A stretch of 64,000 bases of DNA from Ramazzottius varieornatus (Eukaryota; Animalia; Tardigrada). Positions within the stretch are counted from its first letter, which is position 1; every line of letters begins with the position of its first letter. Below are positions 25,203 through 37,366 of this stretch, in pieces. The notes under the pieces are model-generated. The model ran no database searches, was not told where the DNA came from, and saw nothing but the letters and a program-made list of their open reading frames with translations. Made by a program: the position numbers and the translations under genes. The DNA is taken from the NCBI GenBank assembly GCA_001949185.1, contig BDGG01000009.1:919624-983623 (forward strand), written 5' to 3'.

Positions 25203-25605
25203 CTTGACCACCTTGTCCAGAGTCTCACCACGTTCGCCCAGTGCTCAGCATAATGCCATGCCTGTAACGGAATGCTTCAATTTCGGTTATTTGTCCGTCT
25301 TCACAAGATGCCCATCTATCAATAATTCAAAACAGGCCACAGAATACAGATCTAGTTTGCAATGTTATGTTATGTCATTTGTCATCCCGACACGATCGTA
25401 ATCTCCATGTCATAACCGAAATAACACATGATTACTGATTTGGACTTTATTGCCCATACGGCCCATGCCCAATTTCGCATTCCTCCAACCTCCGTTTTCC
25501 TTCTGCTGTCCTGTATCAAAATTGAAGCTCCCGTTCTTGGGCTATCTAAAGTAGGAGCTTCTGTTGCAGGATCCGGCCGTTTCCGTTCCCTACACACGGT
25601 TTTAG

Positions 25606-27351
25606 ATGGGGCGTAGTCGTTCGAGAAGCCCACCTGCAGCTGCCAAAAAGACATCCGCTCGCGATGAGGAGGTTAAGAAGATCACTCGCGACGGAGAAGA
25701 CAAGAAGATGAAAGACAAATCCAAGATACCACGAAAGAGGTATGAACGTTTTCCTGGAAAACATCCTGGTGTTGGTTTATATCTGTTAATGTTTTCGTTG
25801 CTAGCTGGTGGCTACGTTATCGTTATCAACTTATCGTGCTTTAGTTTACGGAACACTAACTTTGCTCTTTATAGGGAGAGGGAACAAGTCACGGACGATG
25901 CCGAGGATGAAAGGAAAAAGAGTGCGCTGGCCAGGTTCAAGAGAGGACGACGCCGATCTTCGTCCATCTCTTCTTCAGACAGCTCACCCGACCGCCGTGA
26001 AACCAGACGCTTCAACAGCAATAGGAATGATGCACGCCGTGACACGCGTCCTCCGCGAGACACTGATCTCAGGAACGAAGCAAAAGACTTTCAGCGACTC
26101 ATGGACCTTGAAAAACAGAGATGGCTGTAAGGCACTGTACTTGTACTTAAGTGATAAAGTCTAATAACTGCGAGTGGAGTGTCAGCTCGGCAAGCAGACT
26201 CGATCAGCGTTCCCCCAAGTGGCGCACGGTGTCGTTGTGATTGGCTGGAAGCGTGCGTTAGTTCGAAAAATAATTTGGCCGAATTTGTTTACCCGGGTGG
26301 CGCACGTTTTTATATGGCCGTTAACGGCTGAGAGCGTGCGTCACTCGGAAAAACAATCTGGTTGAGTTTTCTTGCCAAACTGCGAAGTATCGTCTTACCG
26401 AGCTAGTTTCATTTGTTTACAGGCGTCAAAAGGAACTGGAAACGAAAATACTGGAAGAGCACGCTCTGAAGAGGACCGAGGCCAAGATAGCAGACCGAAT
26501 ATCAGAAGCACTGATTACTGAGCGCGTTAAATTCCAGCAAGAACTGAAGGAAAAGCTTGATGCCTGCAAACGTGACATGAAAGACCAACTGCGCGAAGAG
26601 GTGCGCCAAGAGTTCAGATGGGAGATGGAGCAGCTCCAGTTGCGCGAGGTATAATTCGACCAAAGATGATACAATAGACAAAACATAAGTGAGAAATAGC
26701 GGCACGAAGTTCCGTCAGGATTTGCGTTGCTTTGTCTAGTGCGGTGCTAACTTTCTCAACAGCCCTTACTTGCTCTGATCTGAAAGTGAATGGTTTCCGC
26801 GATCAAATAGCACGGAGGAGGCCTGGTTTATCGTGAGTAATAGGTTATGTATATATCTGATCCATCCGTTTTATTCTCTTCTTCCTCTAGCCTCTAGTAA
26901 CATCTGAAATTTTGCAGGAAATCGAGAAGAACAAGCGAGCGGAACTGGAAAAGACCATGAACGCGAAAGTCAAGAAGGTGGAAGAAAGCGAGCAACAACT
27001 GGTAAGCGGGAACCGCGACAGTGCGGAATCGATGTTACAGGCTGAAACGAGATCACTTTCCCTATTGGCGAAAGTTATAGCCAATAAAGCTGCAAAAGAG
27101 CACCACTTAGGGAAGACAATCTTTTCGAGCGTGTTTGCCGATCTGCCAAATATGGAAGCTTTGATTCTATACTTTTGCAGGCTGAAGAAAGGCTGAAATT
27201 TCTGAACGAGAAAGCCAAGCTCGAAGATGAGAAAAGACTTTTTAAGAAGGAAGTGGACGAATGGAACAAAACCGAGCAGCGAGTAATCCTAAACCGTGGC
27301 GGCCCGGTAGCCAGCAGACCCAGGTTGTCCTTCGCGCTGAAGCCTTCCTAG
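25606..27351 (+). CDS. ARGLU1: Arginine- and glutamate-rich protein 1; exons 25606-25739, 25875-26126, 26423-26648, 26918-27001, 27181-27351
   Basis: MGRSRSRS start, RQKELETKILEE coiled coil, AEERL, and C-terminal EQRVILNRG..SRPRLSFAL. Confidence 0.88.
26183..26382. repeat. Palindromic element, 2 cores, ARGLU1 intron
   Basis: Cores 78 bp apart. Confidence 0.88.
27065..27148. repeat. Palindromic element, degenerate, ARGLU1 last intron
   Basis: ttggcgaa..gcaccactt core plus right arm. Confidence 0.7.
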
Positions 27352-27375
27352 ATAGATAGATAGATAGATAGATAG
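27349..27375. repeat. (TAGA)n microsatellite starting at the ARGLU1 stop codon
   Basis: tagatagatagatagatagatagatag. Confidence 0.9.
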
Positions 27376-27420
27376 ATTTATTGAGCCTCGACAATCTACT
27401 TTAAAATTCCGATCATTTCG

Positions 27421-27470
27421 NNNNNNNNNNNNNNNNNNNNNNNNNNNNNNNNNNNNNNNNNNNNNNNNNN
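27421..27470. other. Assembly gap (50 N) flanked by a 20-bp inverted repeat
   Basis: ttaaaattccgatcatttcg before the gap and cgaaatgatcggaattttaa after it. Confidence 0.95.
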
Positions 27471-27826
27471 CTTAAATTCTGTCCGAAATGATCGGAATTT
27501 TAAATTAGTCGACGGCTTCCTCGATCGTCAGAGGATTACAAAACATAAACCGGAAGCACATGCTCTGTTGCTGTATGGTTGGTTCTGTAGACTCTTTATT
27601 GCGTTGGTAAAAGTAACTTAATCAGTTTTGCTCTTTCAAATGTGTTTGCATCAAGACGAGCCGCACGCACTGCCTTCTTGCTTTGGCCAAATCTAATCCC
27701 GTTCAGTAACTGTTTCTTTTTTTTAAGCTAATGTTGCATTTTGCCGACCTTGAGAAACTCAGCTAGTAAAACCGTGTACATCGTACCGGAAAAATTAGTA
27801 TGAAAACAGCGAAAAAGCGCAGGCAG

Positions 27827-28462
27827 TTATCTGGAAACTAGGCTTCTTCCGGCTCGAACACTGGCGAATATGTCATAGTACTGATGGATAGTTTCAAGAG
27901 GCGAATACATAGCACCCAGGATATTCGGCTTCGACGAAATATACGAAGGGACAGTATCCATCGGAGTGGGCATGAAAGTACTCATGAACTCTTTCATCAG
28001 CTCCACAGCCGTGATTAGGATGGAGCAGGACCGCAGCTCGGCTTCCACGATGACGCCCTTGATCACCCCACCGTAGGACAAGATACCTGCCCGGACGCAA
28101 AAGTCCCGATACAGGAAAGTCTGTCCGCGAACTTCGAGGTTGCCCGTCTTCCCCGGGCTAGTCTTGAATATTTTGGACAGCTTGCTTAGGAAGCCCATCA
28201 TCGATTTCTCGGCCGTAATACTAATGGATTGGTCCTTGTCCGGAATGAGAAAACAGGAGGCTGGTCTGTCGCTGTCTAAGATGACGTGAAAGACCTTCTG
28301 CACTGGCATCATCTCGGGCAGCGATACGTACATCTCGCATTCGACGCAGTAGGGAACATCTTTCTCGTAGCCTTGGGCAAGCAGGAGTTTAGACAGATCG
28401 TCCAAAGCTTGGTTGTGCGTCTTTCCTTCCGGCGTCGGATATGGAACCACCCAGGAGATCAT
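27827..28462 (-). CDS. MED20: Mediator subunit 20, single coding exon
   Basis: PTPEGKT..YCVECEMY, LEVRGQTFLYRDFCVRAG, KGVIVEAE, LMKEFMSTF, YSPLETIHQYYDIF. Confidence 0.88.
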   Translation of the reverse strand: MISWVVPYPTPEGKTHNQALDDLSKLLLAQGYEKDVPYCVECEMYVSLPEMMPVQKVFHVILDSDRPASCFLIPDKDQSISITAEKSMMGFLSKLSKIFKTSPGKTGNLEVRGQTFLYRDFCVRAGILSYGGVIKGVIVEAELRSCSILITAVELMKEFMSTFMPTPMDTVPSYISSKPNILGAMYSPLETIHQYYDIFASVRAGRSLVSR

Positions 28463-29359
28463 CTTCCCGGCCCGCACCGCGTTCAGCTATCTCCTGGATT
28501 CCTTCGCTTGATTTAAACCCCCAGAAATTTCACTTGGGAAACAAGCAGCTGGTTAATCCGCAGGATGATGGCGGCAGAGATATCAACCTGCAGATCAGAT
28601 CAACCCGCGCGAGCGTCCACGGACAGCTTGCTCCGACGTGCGTTCCTCTTCGCAACCGTGATTATCGATGCCACCTAAAAAGACACAAACCGTGCACAGA
28701 AAAGAAGAAGCCTAGAAGAGACTCTGAAGATGAAAGAATGGAGAGATGATACCATCGTTTTTGGAACTACAAACGAAAAGCGAAAAAGATTGTCATGAAC
28801 CAGGATCGAAGGCAGGCCCGGTATTGAGACCCCTAGGCCTACTGGGTAAAAAGGACAAGGTTCAGCTTCTCATACAGGCTGTGAGGCCCTCCGAACGGCG
28901 TTGTAATCTTAGCACTGAAGACTGCGGACGCTATCGGTTGCTCAGTTTCCTGCCTGGCCTGGTGGACGTCTCTCTAACAACCAGGACCGATCGCTTACGC
29001 AGATCAGCCCTTGTTGACAATCCGCATGCTAAGGCACCACCTAAATCAGTAGGACCCCTCCAGTTAACCCCGTACAATAGGCCGTTCAATGTCCAAGCCC
29101 CCCAAACGCAGGGTTACAGCTGGGCGCTACGCCAGCCAGCAACAGCAGTTAGATCTTGATCTCATAAACTGAACAATTTCAAACACACGCAAGCCGTACA
29201 GTGCATAATTGCGACATGTTATTCTCCGAGTTTGCTAACTTTACTTCGATCTTCCAGCAGAATTCTCTTCCGGGGAGTACATCCTGTCGTTTTGTGATTC
29301 CAGGTTTCGGACGGACAGCGAACGGTTGGGCTATCAGCTTGTCGGGATTTTCTAGCAAG

Positions 29360-30943
29360 ATGGACGCCGTCTCGTCGCAGTCGTCGTCGACCAGCGTCCC
29401 TTTAGTGGTACGAGTGAAACGCGCGGCGGATGAGGAGCCTTTGGATGTTATCCGTCTTCTCCCACCTCGGTCGAAGATCGCCAAAGGACAGAACAATACT
29501 TTCAACCTTCATAACCTAGAGTTCAAGCACGCCGGAACTATTGAGGACAAGGTGAGAACGACTTCGCGTTCCTGATATATGAAATATAATGATCATTGAA
29601 CTGTATATGACTATGCTCGGTTGCTTCACAGGAAAACCTCTCGTCGAAAACAGTAGAACTGATGGATGCAAAGAGGCCTCTCGCGGTGATTAAAGAAGAG
29701 CTAAAGGAAGAAGCTCAGCCGAAAGATGCTGGTGTTCGAGAGTCCGCCGAGCGAGAAGGGGAGACGAACGAAGTGACGAAGCCCGCTGCGTCTCTTCGGC
29801 GGAATCATCGCATGTACGCCATCTCCAAGGCGTTTCGATCAGTTTCGACATTGGATTTGGACGATATGCTGGACCCTTGGACACGTTTTTTCACCCAAGA
29901 AGAGCTACACGGTACGAAGTCCTCTGTCAAGCGGAAACTAGAAGATGAAGCTGAACCGGAAACGGCACATAAGAAGTCTTTCATACTGTGTGATCTGGAA
30001 TCCTACGGCGAACACGGCGTGAATGCGGTACGTCGAACGGTCATAAGCTGAAGACAAAACTGAAATGAAGTTTAGTACTGTTTTTCTTCTTGTAGAACTC
30101 CAGAATATCGGATGATCAATTTACTCCTTCCGCTATAACATGCAATGATGAAGTCTTGATGGAAGTACCGACAAAGAACGAATCCGAATATGTCTACGAC
30201 ATCTACACTTTCGATCCATCCAGGTGAGTACATCAAGGCTATAGTCTAGAGCAGGATGGTCAGGCTGACTAATCTGGATCTTTGCAGTGTGCCAAATGGC
30301 TCTTATGACGGTGTCCTGACTGCGATGGGCGATCTAGACTACATCCTGGGAACCAGTTCCGACTCGGGTATCTGGAACGAAGTGGAGATCGAGTCTGAAA
30401 AGCTGAACAATATGGAAGACGAAGACGAAGACAGCAATGACGAAGATAATTGGCGAAACGATTACCCGGAAGAGGAGGACGGCTCTGAGGGTAAGAATAT
30501 GTTTTGACAAATAAACTCGAAAACATGACTTACTCAAGTGGCGCACGTTGTCAGTGTGATTAGCTGCAAGTGTGCGCTACCCACTTGAAAAGGATCTCGC
30601 CATGTTTGATTGTTTTCCCAAGTGGCACACGTCGTTAATGATATCGGCTGGAAGTTTGCGTCGCTTGGGAAATCAATCTTGTCGAGTGTGTTGGCGGAGC
30701 TTTCATATGAATCTCTGTTGAAGGTTGGATACAAGTTTGCATGTTTTAGGTAGCAGTGATGATTCTGGTTCGCAGACATCGGACGATGAAGACGAGATGA
30801 ACGAGATAAACGAGATGAACTCTTACCGAAGGTATGAGGACATGTACGGGTTGGAGCATTCTTACGCTTCGCGCCGACGAAGACGACAGGTGGTAGAATC
30901 TGATGAATCGGGAAGCGGGAGTGAGGAGGATGACGACGACTAG
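29360..30943 (+). CDS. SLC7A6OS: RNA polymerase II nuclear localization protein (Iwr1-like), multi-exon
   Basis: LVVRVKRAADEEP, ITCNDEVL, EYVYDIY, EDEDSNDEDNWRNDYPEEE. Confidence 0.88.
30503..30702. repeat. Palindromic element, 2 cores, SLC7A6OS intron
   Basis: Cores at 30536 and 30620. Confidence 0.88.
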
Positions 30944-31183
30944 AGCATTTTGATTTCCGCTAAAATGACGAAGTGCCTTCTGTTGATCTGATTCCTTTTT
31001 TCCTTTCGACAGAAAATCCGACGCCTTCCTTGAAAATATAGCTGTATCATTGCGTATGGTTCCATGACGACGTGGAAACTTGTTTGTTGAGGTGTGAGGC
31101 TGCGTCGTATGTATGCAAAGTTGCTGTGGGAATTTGTTACGTGAGGTTTATTCATTGATCATTTTCTCCCATGGTGGCACAAA

Positions 31184-34100
31184 ATGTCCAACGAAAGTTC
31201 CAGTGGCGGTGCGATAAAGCAGATTGGTGATCAGATTTACAAATCTTTTACGCAAAAGACCATCGAATTTCTGTCAGCGTATCCCTGGTCTTGTGTTACT
31301 GTTTTGTCCATTTTTATCGCTTACATCGGCTACGTTTGCTCCAAGACCATCAATTCCACCAATGCCAGCAGGGTAATTTCTGGGAAGAATTCTGTTCATA
31401 AGCCATCAGTGGTCCCGCAACCGGCTCCTTCGACCGACTCCTTCACCGCCGACGAACTTCTTGGTATAGTCAACCCAGACAAGCATGTGGATGTGAGAGT
31501 CAGGCTCCTTCGTTCAGTGAGGATTTTGGGGGACATTTTCGAAGATACCGACCTGCTGGAGATGGCGCCTAGCCTGGAGTTTGTCGAGCTGAAGACGGGC
31601 GAAGTCTTGTCTAAAGCTGGCGACCTGGACGAATACCTGTACGTGGTACAGGAAGGAAGACTGATGATTTCCTGTACGGAATCAGTACGTCATCTGTAAG
31701 CGACGTTGTTCTTGACAAGGGTGAATCTTTAATGCCATAGTTTTCTTTGTTGTTTCTACAGAACACTCTGGCCACCCTTCCACTCAGGACTGTGGAGAAA
31801 GGCGACAGTGTTTGCTCGCTTTTGGCAGTTCTGGAAAATTTTAACGTAAGTCGGTTGACAGTCTCGTACTACAGAGTATATTAACTTAGGAAGAGCATGT
31901 TCACCTGGAGCGAAAAGATGGAAATGGCACGACGGCAAGGAAACATGCAAGATACTTTAAGTGGCGCACTTTCTCAGCCAATGATAATGATAACATGCGT
32001 CTCGACGAAACGTAGAAGATTAGTTTCTCAAGTGGCCCACGGTTACATATTATTGGCTGCAAAAGTGCCAAGTGAGGTAACGATCCCTGTATGTTTCTTT
32101 TGCCGGGCTCTCAAATAATACTGAGATTTATTGTAATGTGTCCCCGATCTGTTCAGACTCTCAGTCCGAAGACTTCGGCTACGATAACGGCGACAACCGA
32201 TAGTCTGGTGGCCAAGTTCCCCTTGTCCGCCCTGATAGCCACCGTCAAGAAAGACTCGCAGCAGATGATGCGGCTGGCTCAGCTCATCATGATGTGGATC
32301 CACCGAGTTCTCTTCCTGGCCTTGTTCAACTATCTGGGGCTTCGGCGCGACATCTTCGTCCCGTCCACGCTCGAACCAAACCTCGTACTGGACCAAGAAC
32401 GGCGGATGAATCCGAACGTCAGTGGGCGCGGTTCTTTTGGCAGCGGACCTTCACCAGCTCCTCTCCCTCCCGTAACCGAGTCGTCTGACAAAGTGGAGCT
32501 CCTTACAGCGGACGCTGACTTCAAGGAAGGCCTCAAGAAAATCGTCAGGATTTTCCAGCTTGACAACGTAATTGCTTAGGTGGTGTTTTGAGAATATTAC
32601 CGGTAGAAAATATATTCATTTTTATTTTTCTTCACAGTATTCCCTGCTGGAGAGAAGGCTCAAGTACATCCGGGTTCCCGCAGAAACGGTGATAGTGCAA
32701 CCCAACGAACCCGACACTCCATTGCTCTTTGTGGCGTCCGGTTGTCTTCGGGCTTGGACGAAGAAGCCGGATGACGACACGGATGAAACTATGATTGAAG
32801 TGTTCGAAGTGAACAAGGGAGAGATGCTAGGGGGACTGGCCTTGCTGAGTGGCGAACCCATGCTCTTCCAGATCGAGACCAAGGTGATTACAAAAGTAAT
32901 TGCAATTCACAGGTACTTTGCTTGCCACTCTAAAACACTCCATTTCGTTCAACATGTCTTCTTCTTGTCTTGCAGGTCGGACTTTTATGAAATACTACCG
33001 CAGAATCCTTTGCTGGTGTACGGCGTGGCGCAGACGGAAATCTACCGGCTACACAAGTTCGTCCGAAAGATCGACTTCGGTCTCGTTTGGGCACATGTTC
33101 TGTCCGGTAAAGCTCTGTATCAAAAAGGTACCGTCCACACTTCGTTCTGACGGCAGCGTTAAACTATACGAGAGCTCGGCAAAGAACTTCCACTCGATCG
33201 TTTTTCCCAGTGGCGCACGCTTCCAGCTAATAACACCGAGTGCATGCGCCACTTCGGAAGCCATCTGGGATTGAGTTCCTAAGTGGCGCACGTTTTAGTG
33301 TTATTGGCTGGAAGCGTGCGCCGCTTCAGCAAACAATTTTGCCGAGTTCTTTTGCCCAGCTTTCACAACTGTTGTCTCGTATGAGTTCCATGGCCGCTTT
33401 TCAGTTTTCTCGTTTCAGATGACAACGCAAACTGTCTTTTCATCGTGGTTGCCGGACGCCTTCGGTCCATACTGACTCTGGAAAACGGTGGACAACGCGT
33501 CAGCGATTACTGTCGGGGTGACCTGGTTGGTTAGTAGTCTCTTGGGAATACGTGGGAGGAAACCAGAAGCTTAAAATGGTTGTCGTTCTTTTCAGGGCTT
33601 GTGGAGATATCAGTGAATCGGAAGCGACAAACTACCGTATTTGCCATGCGCGACTCGGAGGTTGTGATTCTGCCCCTGGACTTGTTACATGTCATTCGAG
33701 CTGGCCATCCTAACGTCGTCAGTCGACTGGTCAAGTACCTGAGTACCAATATTGTTCTAAATATGGATCAGCAAGAGCAAAATAGCGTCGCTGAAGGTCT
33801 TGCCCAGTCCGTTGCAAGACCCGAAACTCTCACAACCATCGCGGTTGTCCCTTGTGATAACGCCTCTCCTCTCTCAGGGTTCGCTTCAGAACTCGAGGTA
33901 AACGTAGAACGGCAAAATTTCACCGCTGCTTGAAATAACGGGTATCATCTTAATCACGTCTATCACGCACCTGCAGAACACGTATACAGTAGGCTAACGG
34001 TCAACGGTATGCAGGTCTGTGCAACTTGGTCGCAGTTCTTACACAGAATCAACGCATACTGTACGTATTTCACAAAATTACATACTAAGGGCTTACAAAG

Positions 34101-37100
34101 ATAGATTACAACGCTGGTGTAATTGGCTCCACCCATGGGCAGATGAAGCAAAGCTTAACCAACATCCCAAGTGCGCTGTGCTCTCCTCCAAACTTTCAAA
34201 TGTCACTTCCATGATGAAGTTTCTTGCCACTGGTCCAACTGGTGAGTGTATGGTGATTCCTCCGACATCAAAGATCTCATAATCCTCTGATCGTCCTTAC
34301 CTGCATTGCGGGGCTTTCAGAGCGAGAGCCGTTACACCGCTTTCCTAGCTGGTCAAAAAAATTCTCTGGGCGTAGCCACCAAAGTAGCTGGTGGAATTAC
34401 ATCACCAAGTCAGCTTTGTCTTTGTAAGCCCTTACTGTACGAGGAATTTTTAACTTTTTCAAACAGTATGGTGATGTGTGAAACAGGTCTCGACGATACC
34501 TGTTTGACAAGGAAGTTCAAAGTGAGTACATGACACAGAGAGCTTTGTTTCAGCTGGCATTCAACAGTATCTGCAAAACAATGCGCCTGACCAGCGAGGA
34601 TGTCCGGAAGAACATTGGCAGTCGAGCGCTCCAGCCAGTTGGTGCAGCTCGCCTCTCCGCCTGGCTTTCGCAAAAGGAAGACGAATATAGAATAGTTTTG
34701 TACCAGAGTGACGCCACGTTAACACCTTGGACGCTCCGCTGTCTGCGGCAGGCCGACTGTGTACTGATGGTCGGCTACGGAGATGAGGCTCCGGACTTTA
34801 ATGACATCGGAAAGTTTCTGCTAGGTACAGCAGATAAGCTCCGAGGCCGGAAAGATTTGGTCTTACTGCATAAACTCAGCGGTCCCAACGTCCTAACAAC
34901 CCGAACTTGGATCGATGCTCATCCGTGGATATCGTTGCATCACCACATCGCCTGTCCTGATCGAATGTTTCACACGAGGTTACCAAGGCTCTCCCAGTCA
35001 GGTTTGTTATGGTCGACCAGCTAGCAATGACAGCTCGGTGACTGAACTGGGGAAGGTCGCTGTTTCAAGTGGCGCAAGTTTGCGGTGCTAACGGCTGAAA
35101 AGATGCGCCACTTCCAACAATATTGCCCAGTTTGATTGTTTCCCAAGTGGCGCATCTTCTCTGTGTGGCTAACCGAGAGCCTGCGTGACTTGTCGAGTTC
35201 GTTTGTCCACGTCCCAGGTAGGTTGCGTGACTTGACTGATGGCTTGACTGTTGCAGGTCTTCGACCCAGAGCGGCCACGATGGACTTTCCTCACACCGCC
35301 GATAAACATTCAGACTTTTCCCGGTTAGCTCGGATCCTTACCGGCACAGCCGTCGGTCTGGTCCTCGGCGGTGGTGGTGCTCGAGGTTTTTCCCACGTGG
35401 GGATGATTGAAAGTTTGCTGGAAGAAGGTATTCCGATCGACATGATTGGCGGTGTCAGTATGGGGGCCTTTGTCTCAGCCCTGTGGGCTCTTTACCGCGA
35501 CCTGCCCGAAGTGCGCAGACGCTGCAAGATATGGGCGCAATCTATGGGGAACCCCTGGAATGTCTTCCGGGAAATCACCTACCCTTACATGGCGCTTTTC
35601 AGTGGAAAGCTGTACAACCAGTTTGTCAGGGCCGGTGTCGGGGATGTCCAGATCGAACAGTTGTGGATACCCTACTTTTGCGCCTCGTGTGACATCACCG
35701 ATGTCGCTTTGCGGGTCCACACTCGCGGCGACCTGTGGAGATACGGTAAATCGCTACGCATCATCCTTTCGGTTTTTTATGTCAGGCGAAATTCACTTTT
35801 TGATTTCCCGTTTACCAAACAGTGGTGAGTGAAATGGAAAACCGGCAAACGAAACGTGCAGGATTATTGCGCACGTTTTCATTGTTATCGGCTGAGAACG
35901 TGCGCCACTTGGAAAACGATCCTGTGCGGTTTGCTTGCCGGCTTCCATATTACGGCTATCCATGATCCTAACGAAAACGCGCTTGCAGCACGGGCTAGTA
36001 TGACTGTCGTTGGTTACTTCCCGCCCATTTGTGATCCGGAAGACGGTGAGTACAAGACTTGCATGTCTCTCCAGCAAAGCTTCTGGTCTCAAATGCAGTA
36101 AAATTGACGAAAACTTTGTTTCTCCAGGACATTTATTAGTGGATGGCGGATATATGGTAACTAAGATGAGCCCGTTACCCCATCATCATCGTTGAAATCA
36201 TCTATTCGGATTAGTGCTAATTGCCTTTGGTCTCTCTTGCAGAACAACGTTCCTGCCGATGTGATGCGTCAGCGAGGTGCCGGTATCATCCTGGCCGTCG
36301 ATGTCGGTGGAGAAGCCTCTCACCAAACTTACCACTTTGGAGACGACTTCAATGGGTGGATTTCTTTGAAGCAACGCTTTTGGCCGTGGGGAGAGCCCTT
36401 GAAGGTGCCGGACATAACGGAGATCCAGTCGCGGCTGGCCTATGTCCGTTCCATTTCCATCCTGGCCGCACTAAAGCAGTCCCGATGGTGCAACTACATT
36501 CGACCGGCCATAGCCACATTTCAAACACTGGAGTTCCACTCCTATGATGAGATCGTCGATATCGGGTACTACTTTGGCAAACAGACTTTCACGCCCCGAG
36601 GACCACTTCGTCTCAAGTTGGTCGAAATGAGGCGACAACTGCTGACGACCAGCTTCGGTCTGTTCATCGCACATCGACGGCCTCAGCCAGTACTTGGAGC
36701 CTACCTAAATGACTTGTAAGAGTAGCGAATGAAATTTTATCAAGTTCCAGCTGAGCAATAAATACATTAAATGATCAAATAGTGGAAACAAAACTAAATA
36801 ATAGAATATCAAGTCTGTTTGACCGGAATAAGATGAACAGATAAGTTGGGAGGCGAGCGGAAGAAACGCGAAAACTTGACAGAAATGTTTTTTCAAGTGG
36901 CGCACGTTTCTATCGTTACTGGCTGGAAGTGTGCGCCACTTGAAAAACGACGTATCGAGTCTGATTGTTTTTCTATGTGGCGCACGTTCTCAGTTTTTTT
37001 GGCTAGTTGCGTGCGCCACTTGGAAAAACGATAGTATACCTTGCGTTCGCCGACCACTCTAGTTTATCTGTTATTACATTCAGAGCTTCGTACGCGAAGA

Positions 37101-37366
37101 TTCCGAGTTCGGACGGGGAGACTTCTGAAGAGAAGCGTCGGTTTCGCAGTGGAACGTTAACCGAGAGGAATTCCAGTCTGCCGGATCCTGAGATGCTCGA
37201 CCGTCCTCGTTCGTCAGATGTCATCGGCCTGAAGCCTTCCCATTCCTTCTGGGACGATGTACAAGTCACAGAATCACAAGCCAGGACAGCGGTGCAAGCC
37301 ATCCCCATGCGCTTGTCCAGAATGAACCCCGAGAGCTTTTTGTCTGTTCCTAAAAAAACTCCTTGA
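31184..37366 (+). CDS. PNPLA6: Neuropathy target esterase / swiss cheese (PNPLA6/7): N-terminal TM, three cNMP-binding domains, patatin domain
   Basis: TM WSCVTVLSIFIAYIGY; cNMP segments LYVVQEGRL, LFVASGCL, FIVVAGRL; WTLRCLRQADC; SDFSRLARILTG, GGGGARG, GVSMG nucleophile motif, LLVDGGYM/NNVPADVM. Confidence 0.93.
31925..32110. repeat. Palindromic element, 2 cores, NTE intron
   Basis: Cores at 31959 and 32030 in opposite spacer orientation. Confidence 0.8.
33171..33362. repeat. Palindromic element, 2 cores, NTE intron
   Basis: gagctcggcaaagaac ... gttcttttgcccagct. Confidence 0.9.
35031..35216. repeat. Palindromic element, 2 cores, NTE intron
   Basis: Cores at 35067 and 35145. Confidence 0.85.
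35834..35948. repeat. Palindromic element, NTE intron
   Basis: atggaaaaccggcaaac ... gcttgccggcttccat. Confidence 0.88.
36851..37058. repeat. Palindromic element, 2 cores, NTE last intron
   Basis: Cores at 36895 and 36975. Confidence 0.88.

Noticed and set aside
28791-29174. Possible solo LTR (TG...CA) between MED20 and SLC7A6OS, including ORF 28746-29159
   Set aside because: No matching TSD, no second copy in the window and no recognisable protein.
33898-34552. Long element-free NTE intron as a nested gene or snoRNA host
   Set aside because: No convincing ORF, C/D or H/ACA boxes, or terminal repeats that I can support.
35834-35948. Target-site duplications flanking the palindromic family
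   Set aside because: I compared flanks of several copies (4599, 35834, 41968) and found no consistent duplication, so no superfamily is assigned.
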